Assembly: GCA_963797095.1 (NCBI GenBank)
Contig: CAWCNY010000002.1
Span: 800,001 to 864,000, forward strand
DNA: 64,000 nucleotides
Origin: an uncultured Chloroflexia bacterium
Lineage (GTDB): Bacteria > Chloroflexota > Chloroflexia > QHBQ01 > JADMIH01
Direction of reading: 5' to 3'
The notes below the pieces were generated by a model. That model ran no database searches. It had not been told where the DNA came from and worked only from the letters and a program-made list of their open reading frames with translations. Both the position numbers and the translations under genes were made by a program. This document shows, one piece after another, positions 21,716 to 30,901 of this stretch. How positions within the stretch are numbered: position 1 is the first letter of the stretch; each line of letters starts with the position of its first letter.

Positions 21716-22452
21716 AGAAGTACCCGGTTCCTCGCCTAACTTGGTCCTGGTCTTGGGCTTGGCCTTGGCCGTGCCCGTATCTGTTGCTGTAACTACGCTG
21801 CTCGTATCCGTTCTTGTGCCTGCGCCTGCGCCTGTGGTCGTAATCGTTCGCAAATGTGCCTGCCCATCGGTGACGATATACTGCTGTTGCCACACCTGCC
21901 GCAGAACCTTCACGGCCTCCAAGTCACGCAGGTGGGGTGGAGCATCAGCAGCAGGGTGCTCAACTAAGGCAAGCAGGTGTAACCCATTCGCTCCTATCTG
22001 CTCGGCCAACACAGTGCGCTTGGCCTCCTCCTTGGGCAGGCGATATTCATCAATGAGGCGGCTGTAGCGGTCAAACCATTCGGGTGGAGTGTTGACACGC
22101 AGCCAACCGGGTGCCTCTTTGGCCAGGGCATTGAGGGCATATTGGAGGGTGCGTCCCACCAGTTCGACCCGGTTGAGGCTACGCACTGCCGCTAGAATGT
22201 GAGTGGAGTCGGTGCGCTGGCGACCTCTTGTCTTGAGTAGGCCACGCTCCTGTAAGTGCTCAAGCAGAGTATCAAGCAACAGGTGTTCAGCGTGGTTGGC
22301 GAGCAGGCGGTCGCGGAACTCGGAGAGTACGGAGAAATCGAAGCCCGGGTCGGTGAGTTGGAGGCCAAGGAGATACTTATCGAGTAAGGGAGAGCGGGTC
22401 GCCCCGCCTCCCTCCTCACAGAACCGGACAAGACCGTCGCCGATCATCCGGC

Positions 22453-25400
22453 TCAGGCTTCCACCGACTTTACTGCGGGTCTTCTACCAAATGTTGCGCG
22501 GTGGCAGACTTCGTGTAAGATGCTGAGGTTTTCCTCCTCATCTGTTCCACCGTCTGCTACCGATTGCTCATGGTGAATATGAATACGCTCTTCATTGAAC
22601 AAGTGCATTCGGCACAGGGGACATCGCCAGTGCTGCTTTGCGGCTACCCGGTATAGCTTTGACCCCACAGCAAAATAGCTTTTGCCATATCTTGTCTGCC
22701 GTGCCGCCCAGTATTCGCCCAGCGTTGGGTCGTCTGGGGATGCTGCGCCTTTGACTTTGATGTGGCGAGTAATTGGCGTCTGCCCTATCCGATACAGATA
22801 GGTCTTCGTCATCTTACCGTGCCGGTTCTTTGTCTTGGCGTAGAAGACCCAGTTGTTCCCGCCTACTCTCGTGAAGTAACGCGGAAGTACCCACCGTGGA
22901 CCCTTACCCGGGTGTCGCCGTCTCGCCCATCGGATAAGTAGTAACACTAACCGGTGGCTGAAGGTGGCGAACATCTTCTTGCTCACCCCATGCTTGTAGT
23001 AGTTCGCCCAACCCCTCAGAATCGGGTTTAGCACGTCAATCACGTCGTCGGGACCAACGTTCGGATGCGTGACCAGCCACTGCTTGATTTCACGCAGTTT
23101 GGTCTGCACCTTTTCCTTCTGGGGCTTGATTAGGCATTTCGTGCCGTAGCGACGGATGTTGAAACCCAAGAAGTCGAAACCATCTGCAATGTTGCGGATA
23201 TGGGTTTTCTCGGTGTTGAGTTCGAGTCCGCGCTCGGCCAGCCAGGCTACCACATGAGGTTGAATAGCCTCGATTTCCTCCCTCGTGGCTGCTGTTATGA
23301 TGAAGTGGAGTGGGCGGCCAGCGAGGTGCTGCTTGCGCAGCTCTTTTCTGTCCGCCTCTCCCCGAACCGGGCTTACGCCTTTCGGAGTACCCGGCTCTCC
23401 AGTGTTTTCCTTCTCGCGGCTTTCACGGCAGCAGTTTGAGTGTTGCGACCAGCATGAATGCTATCGTGGCACTCGCGACAGACCACCAGCGTCTTGCGCT
23501 TGCGAGCTGCCATCACCTGCATCCAGAAAGGCGGTTCTGCGCGTCCTTTGGTCCGTAGATCTTTGAGTGCTCGTACATGATGCACCTCGATGTTTTCTCG
23601 TGAACCACAAAGCTCACAAGCTTGTGCCAAGAGGCGTCGTTCGAGTTCCGCTCTCGGTCCGCTGATTTGTAGGGGCGCGTCGTTCAGTATTGCCTTGGAG
23701 TTGCGTGCGAGTGAAATACCGCCCCACCGCGCTATCAACGGTTTTCTTCCTTTATCGCCCTTATCACGATCGCCCTCATCACGCTCTACCCTGACTTCGA
23801 GGATTGCACGTGTTCCCTGATCTGTCCGTACTAAGGTGTGGTATCGCTTGTAGATAGATCGGACACTGATCTTGAGTTTTGAGGCCAGTGTCTGTGCCAG
23901 GGAGCGTTCCATTAGCCATTTCAGTTGGTTGAGTTTGTGAAGGTTGAAGGCCAGTCGATAGTATTCCACGAGACCCCGGTACTCCTGCTGGTATTGTGCC
24001 ACGATACTGAAGACAGCATCGTGTTCAAGTTCCGGTCGGTGGATCGGTTTGGCGTGGCGCAGATAGCGTTTGCATTTCACTTTCACAACCTCTGCTGGTA
24101 CTTTCAGTCCGATCCCGCCGTTGATGCTGCGGTGACCTCGGCGATCCAGCTTGTGGTCGTTATTGAGCACCACGATATCATAGCCCAGGAAATGCGCAGC
24201 TTTGGTCCGCGCATGGGTAATCAGCGTCTTTTCCTCAGAGAGTTCCAACTTGAGATCCTCTCGTAAGAAGTCCCGGATTGCAGACTTGATTTCCTGGGCT
24301 TCTTCTCGTGGGCCGCTGAAACCGAGTAGCCAATCATCGGCGTAACGACAGTAACGCAGGCGTCGGTAGTTGGGGTCGTGTGTGTCCAAGGAGGGGACCT
24401 GCTGCATCAGACGACGCATTTTGCAGGCCTCTTTCTTGTCACCATGTTCCTTCAATTGCCGAGCAAGCTGTTGTCGCCGTTGCCATTCAGGATTGAGTCT
24501 ACGACGGTTTCCGCACGTGTACCTGGGAAGCAGTGTCTTCTCGACAAACTGGTCCAACTTGTCCATGTAGATGTTCGAAAGAACGGGGCTGAGCACGGCA
24601 CCTTGTGGGCTTCCACTCAGGGTGCAGTGATAACGCCATTCTTCCAGGTATCCGGCTTGCAGGAGGCGTTCGATCAAGCGTAAGAAGCGATTGTCGAAGA
24701 TCTTCTCGCGTAGGATTGATATCAGGACTGTGTGGTCCAGAGTGTCGAAGCACGCTCTGATATCGCCTTCCACCCACCATTTTGTGCCTACCCACTTATG
24801 TTGGATCTCGCTTAGCGCGGTGTGACACCCACGTTGAGGGCGAAAGCCGTGTGAGGCCGGGCTGAATTGCGGTTCGTAATATGCCTGTAGGATAAGGCGT
24901 ATCACTTCTTGCAACAGCTTATCCGACCAAGAAGGGATTCCTAGCCCACGCCTTTTGGTCGAGTTTCTCTTGGCGATGTACACGCGTCGTACTGGCGTCC
25001 ATCGATATCGTTCCTGTCGTAGTGCACCGATGATGGCTTCGATCTTGGCCAGCGACATCCCATCCACAGTTTCGTCTGTTACGCCAGGTGTCATAGCCCC
25101 GTTATTGCGGTAGATATGCCCATAAGCGAGTAGATACAAGTCTGGGTTGAACAGTTGCCGGTACACGTCCTCCAATGGCAAGCCCTTCTTGCCGCGTTCA
25201 TGGATGATCCCCAGCACAGTTTCGGCGTTTCGCATCTCGCGTACCTCCCTGATTGGGTCTCACAACACCTGCCACCCTTCCCCATTGGCAACTTATCTTC
25301 TTTGCAAGGCATTGCCATGTTGCTATGTTGCTATGTTGCTATGTTGCCATGTAGACGGCTTTCCCGTCCTCGGAGTAATATGGTGGCTCCGTCGCCATGG

Positions 25401-26723
25401 GGCTCGCGCCCTGTAGGCGATCCCACATTCCCAAGGTTATGGACGTATCGAGCGTGACGTAGGTGCCTGTTCCGTCTCCTTGAGTCAGGTCGTTCCTGAC
25501 CGCCCATTGTGCGAAAGGTTCAGGCGGCGACGACTTAACCGCCCTATCACAATGGCTCCGCCAATAGATGCTATGGTCGGAGAATATTCGCTTGCATCGC
25601 TGGAGACTAAGGTTTGGGCAGTTTGGCTCTCACCATATCACGCGGGTCTTGCAGAACGATACCCTAAGCATCTTCAAGTATCTTCCGCTTCAGCAGCATG
25701 CTACTGTTCCCTTCAGCTTTCGCTTCCAGGTAAGCTGTTGACCCGGAGGTCTTGTCTTCCGTACCTCCCCTTTCTGCGAAAGGAATCCATTATCTTGGTT
25801 ATGTGGCGCACGTCGTCCGCAAAACGGATGTAACCGTAGCGTGGATTAGCCTGTTTATGTACACATCCCACCTGTTTGCCGCGCTTGTTGGTGTAAGTTC
25901 GCTGGTTAGTCCATTGACCAAGCCAGCGTTCCATACCGTCCAAGGCAATGTTGGCGAGTAATGGTGAGACGACAGAGCCTTGTGAGGTACCACTCTCAGT
26001 GGCGTGGAAGATCTCGGCCTCTACATAGCCTGCCTTCAGCCATGCTTCTATCCACTCGCGTCCCGGCGTTTGGCCAATGGCGTCGAGGATATATTCCTGA
26101 CTGATATTGTCGAACGCACCCCGGATATCGGCGTCGAGCACAAAGCTGTGTCCGTTTGCGCCCTTAAACCAGTTCCAGCATTGCACGATGGCATCATGAC
26201 AATTGCGGCCCGGACGAAAGCCATAGCTGTTCGGCTCGAATTGGGCCTCCCAACTTGGTTCCAGTGCGTTCTTGATAACTGCCTGCGCGATGCGGTCTTT
26301 GAGAGTTTGGATGCCGATCGGCCTTTGTTTGCCATTGGCCTTAGGTATATATATCCGCCGGGCTGGTTTGACCTGTCGTGGTTTGTACTCCGGCATCTCG
26401 CGGATCACTTGCGTCCTGGTTTTGGCGGTAAGAGCAGTCTGACCATCAATGCCAGCCGTTTTCTTGCCGTGATTGTCCATGGTCACTCTTCGCGTTGACA
26501 GTAGCAGGTTTGCGTAGCTGCGCATCATCAGCTTCTTCAGGCTGCGCACCTGATTCCACTGACCCGCTGCGGTCGCACGATAAATCCTTTGTCTCAGGTT
26601 CCTGACCCGATTGTTAACAATAGCCCAGTCAATAGCGTCCCAATCAATGGGAGTGCCTTGTTTGGGTATCTCGCTGAAAGCAGATCCTGGCGTTCCGATG
26701 TCAGAAGTGACTCTATCTTGCAC
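22453..26723 (-). CDS. ltrA: Outer intron RT/maturase/HNH protein, two exons (26723-25812 and 23304-22453), about 587 aa when spliced
   Basis: N-terminal WDAIDW...LRQRIYRA, SYGFRPGR, DADIRGAFDNI, IRFADD|FIIT, GFDFLGFNIR, LNPILRGWANYY; C-terminal CPLC...HIHH...LHEVCH. Confidence 0.92.
23305..25811 (-). mobile_element. Inner group II intron (IIA/mitochondrial-like type)
   Basis: 5' GTGCG at 25811. Domain V GAGCCGGGTACTCCGAAAGGCGTAAGCCCGGTTC. Ends ...ACTCCAC at 23305. Removing it restores the outer RT frame. Confidence 0.93.
23373..25235 (-). CDS. ltrA: Inner intron RT/maturase/HNH protein (intact, 620 aa)
   Basis: SHGFRP, EGDIRACFD, GSPQGAVLSP, RYADDW; maturase X domain; CELCG...EVHHV...VCRECHDSIH; GGGAGG RBS. 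Confidence 0.95.
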   Translation of the reverse strand: MRNAETVLGIIHERGKKGLPLEDVYRQLFNPDLYLLAYGHIYRNNGAMTPGVTDETVDGMSLAKIEAIIGALRQERYRWTPVRRVYIAKRNSTKRRGLGIPSWSDKLLQEVIRLILQAYYEPQFSPASHGFRPQRGCHTALSEIQHKWVGTKWWVEGDIRACFDTLDHTVLISILREKIFDNRFLRLIERLLQAGYLEEWRYHCTLSGSPQGAVLSPVLSNIYMDKLDQFVEKTLLPRYTCGNRRRLNPEWQRRQQLARQLKEHGDKKEACKMRRLMQQVPSLDTHDPNYRRLRYCRYADDWLLGFSGPREEAQEIKSAIRDFLREDLKLELSEEKTLITHARTKAAHFLGYDIVVLNNDHKLDRRGHRSINGGIGLKVPAEVVKVKCKRYLRHAKPIHRPELEHDAVFSIVAQYQQEYRGLVEYYRLAFNLHKLNQLKWLMERSLAQTLASKLKISVRSIYKRYHTLVRTDQGTRAILEVRVERDEGDRDKGDKGRKPLIARWGGISLARNSKAILNDAPLQISGPRAELERRLLAQACELCGSRENIEVHHVRALKDLRTKGRAEPPFWMQVMAARKRKTLVVCRECHDSIHAGRNTQTAAVKAARRKTLESRVLRKA

Positions 26724-27861
26724 GTCAGTTTGGTTCCTTCACATTAGTTCTATCGTCAGAAGCTAGCTGGAAGTCAGCCGCCTTTCGGCGTGGGGCAAAT
26801 CTTGAAAAGAACCCCTATCCCGCGCATTACTGCGGGCCTTCGCTTGCTCCAGCGTCTTTTACCCGATGAGTAATTCTGCCTTCCTTACGGTCGGCTTACT
26901 CCGCATGCCAAGTGGAGAACTCAACGGGCTTACCGTAGTTCCAGATGTTGAGATGCGTCCAGGGAAGGTCCTGCCTATGCTCCGGTGGGAGTGTGTCCTG
27001 TCGTCGAGCAGCGACTGGATTTGCTCGACCACCCACTTACCATTTTGGTGAGAGTGTCTCAGCCTTATTGCACTCTTGCCGAATCACGAAGCTTTAGATG
27101 GCAGTTCACTTGCGTTGACCTATCTGACTTCCCCTTGCGCATGACCAGGTTTAGGCTACCAGTCAGCGGCGCTTGCGTGGCCTGCATTCCACCAGGTTCA
27201 TTGCTTACTACTGGAGTGGCCGGGGTCAGAGACCCTTTTACGTGGGGACAGTGGGACAGAATCCACTGGGAGAGGGCTAACTCTCCACTCGATGGAGTTA
27301 CCTCCTTACATCTAGCTTAGCTACGTCGCACCCAGTCAATCCGGCTGCGAACAGCGTCGGCAGCCTGGCGGTCGGTGAGGTTCTCTATGAACTGCATGAT
27401 CAGCACAAGAGCCAGTCGGGTAGGGCAATGGGCAGGCTGGCCACGTTGGGGGAAGAGTTGAGCAAACAGGGGGTCGGAGAAGATGGACCGAGCTGCTCAT
27501 AGATGCGCATGTACAGGTTGCCTTTTGGAAAAGCAGCCCGCGCCACACGTTCAGTCTCTTCGGGGATCTGGTATACGATCAACGGGTGCAGGCACATGGC
27601 AAGTTCCTCCTCTCGCACTCTCTCAGCGGACGGGACAAGTGGACACAGCGTACAAGGAACGGGTGAATAGGTGTGACCACAATTGTACAGATGCAAGGAC
27701 GCTGTGAAAAGGCGAGTTCCCGGACTGCTCTTTGGGAGGACAAACCTTCTGGGCGACAATTCGCCAACGGCATCATTCTCCAAGTATTGAGAAGTCCACT
27801 TCTTGCCCTCAAGCCTCTTATAGCAAAACAATATTGCGTAAAAATTCACCCATTTGGGTAC

Positions 27862-27890
27862 TTGAAATACGAACATAGGTTCTATATACT
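27862..27890 (+). promoter_or_regulatory. Sigma70 promoter with an embedded LexA (SOS) box
   Basis: TTGAAA-17 bp-TATACT. The spacer contains CGAACATAGGTTCT (GAAC-N4-GTTC) at 27870-27883. Confidence 0.72.
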
Positions 27891-27935
27891 CTGTGTACAA
27901 GCGTAGTGCTGCCATCACAAAAGAGAGAATTTGCC

Positions 27936-28244
27936 ATGGGAAGGCGAAGAATCAAACGCATCAAATCTATATCGCCGCCAACAGAGATCGACATCGGGAT
28001 GCTGACCCTGCGGCAGATCGAGGTCCTGAGCCTCATTGCCCTCGGCAAAAGCAACAAAGAGATCGCCCAGGCCCTCTCCGTGACCCCCAGCACCGTCAAA
28101 TCTCACATCACCAGGCTGCTCCATATATGCGGCAAACGCACCCGCACCGACCTCGCTGTGCTCTGGACCGAGATAATGCACAAACCAGGCGACAGGGACC
28201 AAGCCTCCGAAGATAATGATTACGGGCCTTACGCCGTTGGCTAG
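27936..28244 (+). CDS. Stand-alone LuxR/GerE-type HTH protein
   Basis: LTLRQIEVLSLIALGKSNKEIAQALSVTPSTVKSHITRLL; no receiver domain. Confidence 0.85.
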   Translation: MGRRRIKRIKSISPPTEIDIGMLTLRQIEVLSLIALGKSNKEIAQALSVTPSTVKSHITRLLHICGKRTRTDLAVLWTEIMHKPGDRDQASEDNDYGPYAVG

Positions 28245-28255
28245 CCCATGTAGCT

Positions 28256-29272
28256 TCAGCTACTGCCGGAGCCTGGAGCAACCGCAAGCACCGCTGCCCC
28301 GCGAATCTTGCTTTGCTTCAACTTGAGCAACACGCTGTTCGCCTCGTCCAACGGGTAAGTCTCCACTTCCAGGTGCAGGGGCACTTCAGACGCAATTGCA
28401 AGCAGTTCTTCCGCGTCCTGGCGTGTTGCATTCGCCACGCTGCGTATTACCCGCTCACCCCAGATGAGCGAATAATCAAACTGAGGAATTGGACTCATGT
28501 ATATCCCAGCTAGGGTCAGCACGCCACCTTTCCGGAGCCGCTTCAACGCTTGCGGCACCAGTTCACCCGCCGGGGCGAAGATGATCGAGGCGTCCAACTC
28601 CACGCCGGGGTAGTCCTCTGCACCACCGGTCCACACGGCACCGAGCGTCTCGGCCAATCTGCGATGCTCCGGGTTCCTGGTGAACACATACGCCTCGACG
28701 CCCCAGTGGCTTGCGATCTGTACAGCGATATGGGCCGAAGCCCCGAACCCGTACAACCCCAACCGTCGCGTTTCCTTAGCGTTCGCCAATCGCGATGCCC
28801 TGTATCCAATAACACCCGCGCATAGAAGCGGCGCTGCCTCTGCATCGGAATACCGTTCGGGGATCGGATACACAAAACGCTCGTCAGTCACCTGGTATGC
28901 CGCGTACCCACCATCAACATGATAACCCGTAAACTTCGCAAAATCGCAAAGGTTCTCCTGCCCATGCCTGCAATAGTAGCACTTCCCGCACGCCCAGTTC
29001 AGCCAGGCCACCCCTACCCTATCCCCAACCTTGTAGCGTTTCGCGCCCGGCCCAGGCTGCTCCACGGTCCCCACGATCTGGTGCCCTGGCACCACGGGCA
29101 GTTTAGGCAGCTCAATCTCTCCCTCGACGATATGCAGGTCTGTGTGGCACACCCCGCACGTATGCACCTTGATCAACAACTCGCCCTGGTGCAGTTTCGC
29201 CACAGGTATATCAACCTGCGAGAGTGGACCCTCTTCAACGGGCTTAGGTGCGCTCAGTTGCCATGCTTTCAT
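28256..29272 (-). CDS. Zinc-dependent alcohol dehydrogenase family protein
   Basis: CGVCHTDLH, PGHQIVG, CGKCYYC...NLC, GLYGFGASAH. Confidence 0.93.
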   Translation of the reverse strand: MKAWQLSAPKPVEEGPLSQVDIPVAKLHQGELLIKVHTCGVCHTDLHIVEGEIELPKLPVVPGHQIVGTVEQPGPGAKRYKVGDRVGVAWLNWACGKCYYCRHGQENLCDFAKFTGYHVDGGYAAYQVTDERFVYPIPERYSDAEAAPLLCAGVIGYRASRLANAKETRRLGLYGFGASAHIAVQIASHWGVEAYVFTRNPEHRRLAETLGAVWTGGAEDYPGVELDASIIFAPAGELVPQALKRLRKGGVLTLAGIYMSPIPQFDYSLIWGERVIRSVANATRQDAEELLAIASEVPLHLEVETYPLDEANSVLLKLKQSKIRGAAVLAVAPGSGSS

Positions 29273-29344
29273 CCCGAGTCCTTTCGATTCTTTTCTCCCA
29301 ATCATATTATCGACGAAATTGCTTCCGAGCGCTCGAAAAGGGAC

Positions 29345-29962
29345 CTAATAGATTATCGAAATGTGGCCTGGCACCCTACTGTGGGGCATGATAATCGGCT
29401 GCATCTTCACCAGGAATTGCAGGCGCGTTCTCTGGATCTCCGGCTCCGGCCCCATCAGGTACTCCTCTTCAAACAGGCCTGTGCTCTCATATCCATTTCT
29501 GGATACGAAATCTTTCAGGCACTCCATGGCTTGCAGTCTGCGCGCCCGACCTATGCTCAAGCCGGGCCCTCTATATGTAAGCTGAGCTATCGTGCCGTAC
29601 TCCCACATCTCGATTTCTACTTCGACGTGCGGGAACCTCTGGGGCAATGAACTTGTATCCTCAGGGATAGGCAGGCCCCAGATACTATGCAACTCCTCCA
29701 TTGGCGCGAATTCGGCATTGAGCCAGCGCGCTCGGAAGTGGTCCAGCTTGAAATCCTTGCCCTCTTTCCTTCGCTCGTACTTCAATCTGTAGACCGAGCT
29801 ATAAAGCGGCGGGAGTACAAGGTGCATACACTGGTCGGGGTCGCCAATAGTGTGAATTACAGCCATCTTCTGGCCTGGCAGTTGGACAATCTCAGGCTGC
29901 ATATCGTGCAGGTCATGCTCATTGTGGCTGTCATGTAAGAGATCTTCATCGAGCGTTAGCAT
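29345..29962 (-). CDS. GyrI-like small-molecule-binding protein
   Basis: GDP...LYSSVYRLK, WGLPIPE, AQLTYRGP, FEEEYLMGP; GGAGG RBS. Confidence 0.7.
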   Translation of the reverse strand: MLTLDEDLLHDSHNEHDLHDMQPEIVQLPGQKMAVIHTIGDPDQCMHLVLPPLYSSVYRLKYERRKEGKDFKLDHFRARWLNAEFAPMEELHSIWGLPIPEDTSSLPQRFPHVEVEIEMWEYGTIAQLTYRGPGLSIGRARRLQAMECLKDFVSRNGYESTGLFEEEYLMGPEPEIQRTRLQFLVKMQPIIMPHSRVPGHISIIY

Positions 29963-30476
29963 AGTGCCACCTCCCGTGTTCGTGCTGTTCTGCTGCTCGT
30001 TGCAGGTCCTCAAGCGAGATCACCGCGCAGGTATGTTCTGCTTGTTCGCAGACCTCTCTACTCCAGCTTGCTGTCCCCTCCATGAATAGAGCAGACTGGT
30101 AGTCATTTGCCAACGCCGCTCTGTAAGTCTCAAGCACGCCATATTCCAGAACGAAGCCGCAGACAACAACCATATCCACACCATACGAGCTTAGCAGCAA
30201 ATCTAATCTTGTTCCCAGAAAGGCATCCTGATGCATCTTACGAATCATGATGTCTCCTGGCCGATAATCGATCCCTCCGTACAATTCCCTCTCAAATGAA
30301 CCTGGCACGTTGCTGGCCGAGAAGTCTTGAATGAACACTATGAGCCAATTGCGGTCTCTGAAAAGGGAGATAGCCTCGTTAATATGCGGCACAACCCTCC
30401 GAAACTCGGCGAGTTCGCTGTTGTCGCCTTCAAAGAAGTCGTTCTGAGGGTCCAGGACAAGCAAGGCAGGCTTCAT
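29946..30476 (-). CDS. Isochorismatase/cysteine hydrolase family protein (catalytic Cys apparently missing)
   Basis: ALLVLDPQNDF, RKMHQDAFLGT, VVCGFVLEYGVLET. Confidence 0.8.
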   Translation of the reverse strand: MKPALLVLDPQNDFFEGDNSELAEFRRVVPHINEAISLFRDRNWLIVFIQDFSASNVPGSFERELYGGIDYRPGDIMIRKMHQDAFLGTRLDLLLSSYGVDMVVVCGFVLEYGVLETYRAALANDYQSALFMEGTASWSREVCEQAEHTCAVISLEDLQRAAEQHEHGRWHYANAR

Positions 30477-30901
30477 AGTACCTCCTCCTCCCATCTCCGG
30501 GGGACCGCCACAGAAGTGGCTTCCGACAAGATCACGGTCCGTGCGCTAGACGGCCTTCATCAAAATCAGCCGATTGATGCCGGAGGTCAATAAAAGCGGG
30601 ATCTCCCAGGAGCTTCCCGGCGGGTGCTTCTGTTCTCGGCAAGACTCGCAAGATAGAGTCCGCCTGCATATATGATAAAGCCCTGAAGTGGAAAATCAGG
30701 TATAGCTGCGTGACAGAATTGTAACAATCTCACTCTACGCTGTCGCGCACAAACAACTCATACCAAATAATGAGATGCCGCAACTTTCTGGTTCTTGGGT
30801 AAAGCAGATCGGGAGCACCCGGAGAGCATCCTCAACTCCCTCAATTGGGGAGGAGAACATACAGCTACCCAGCGTATTTGCAGATGCCGCCTGCCTCGCT
30901 T

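Larger units (their letters stand above)
22379..27331 (-). mobile_element. Outer group II intron (IIB/chloroplast-like type)
   Basis: 5' GTGCG at 27331. Domain V GAGCCGGATGATCGGCGACGGTCTTGTCCGGTTC. Domain VI ends ...TACTCGAT at 22379. Removing it restores the transposase reading frame. Confidence 0.93.
20801..27597 (-). pseudogene. IS1182 transposase in two exons (27597-27332, 22378-20801) with a 1-bp deletion near 27485
   Basis: The joined exons read ...LTDRQAADAVRSRIDW|KYLLGL...DFSVLSEFR...QRTDSTH...WVGYKAHLTETC. Exon 1 is 266 nt, one base short of being in frame. Confidence 0.9.
20781..27774 (-). mobile_element. IS1182-family element carrying two nested group II introns
   Basis: Perfect 18-bp TIR GATGCCGTTGGCGAATTG (20781-20798 and 27757-27774). 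6-bp target duplication ATTCTC (20775-20780 and 27775-27780). Confidence 0.93.

Noticed and set aside
22379-22447. N-terminus (MIGDGLVRFCEEGG...) of the 548-aa ORF as a real transposase start
   Set aside because: It is intron domain V/VI sequence. The true N-terminus is the exon at 27597-27332.
25713-25811. C-terminus (VRHITK...) of the 336-aa RT ORF as a truncated stand-alone RT
   Set aside because: It is read-through into the inner intron's 5' end. The RT continues at 23304.
22453-26723. RTs as retron, DGR or defence-associated RTs
   Set aside because: Both have maturase and HNH domains with flanking group II intron ends and domain V. No template/variable repeat pair or msr-msd was seen.
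27598-27918. N-terminal part of the 172-aa minus-strand ORF
   Set aside because: It crosses the IS terminal repeat and the divergent promoter. Only the part from ATG 27597 is transposase.
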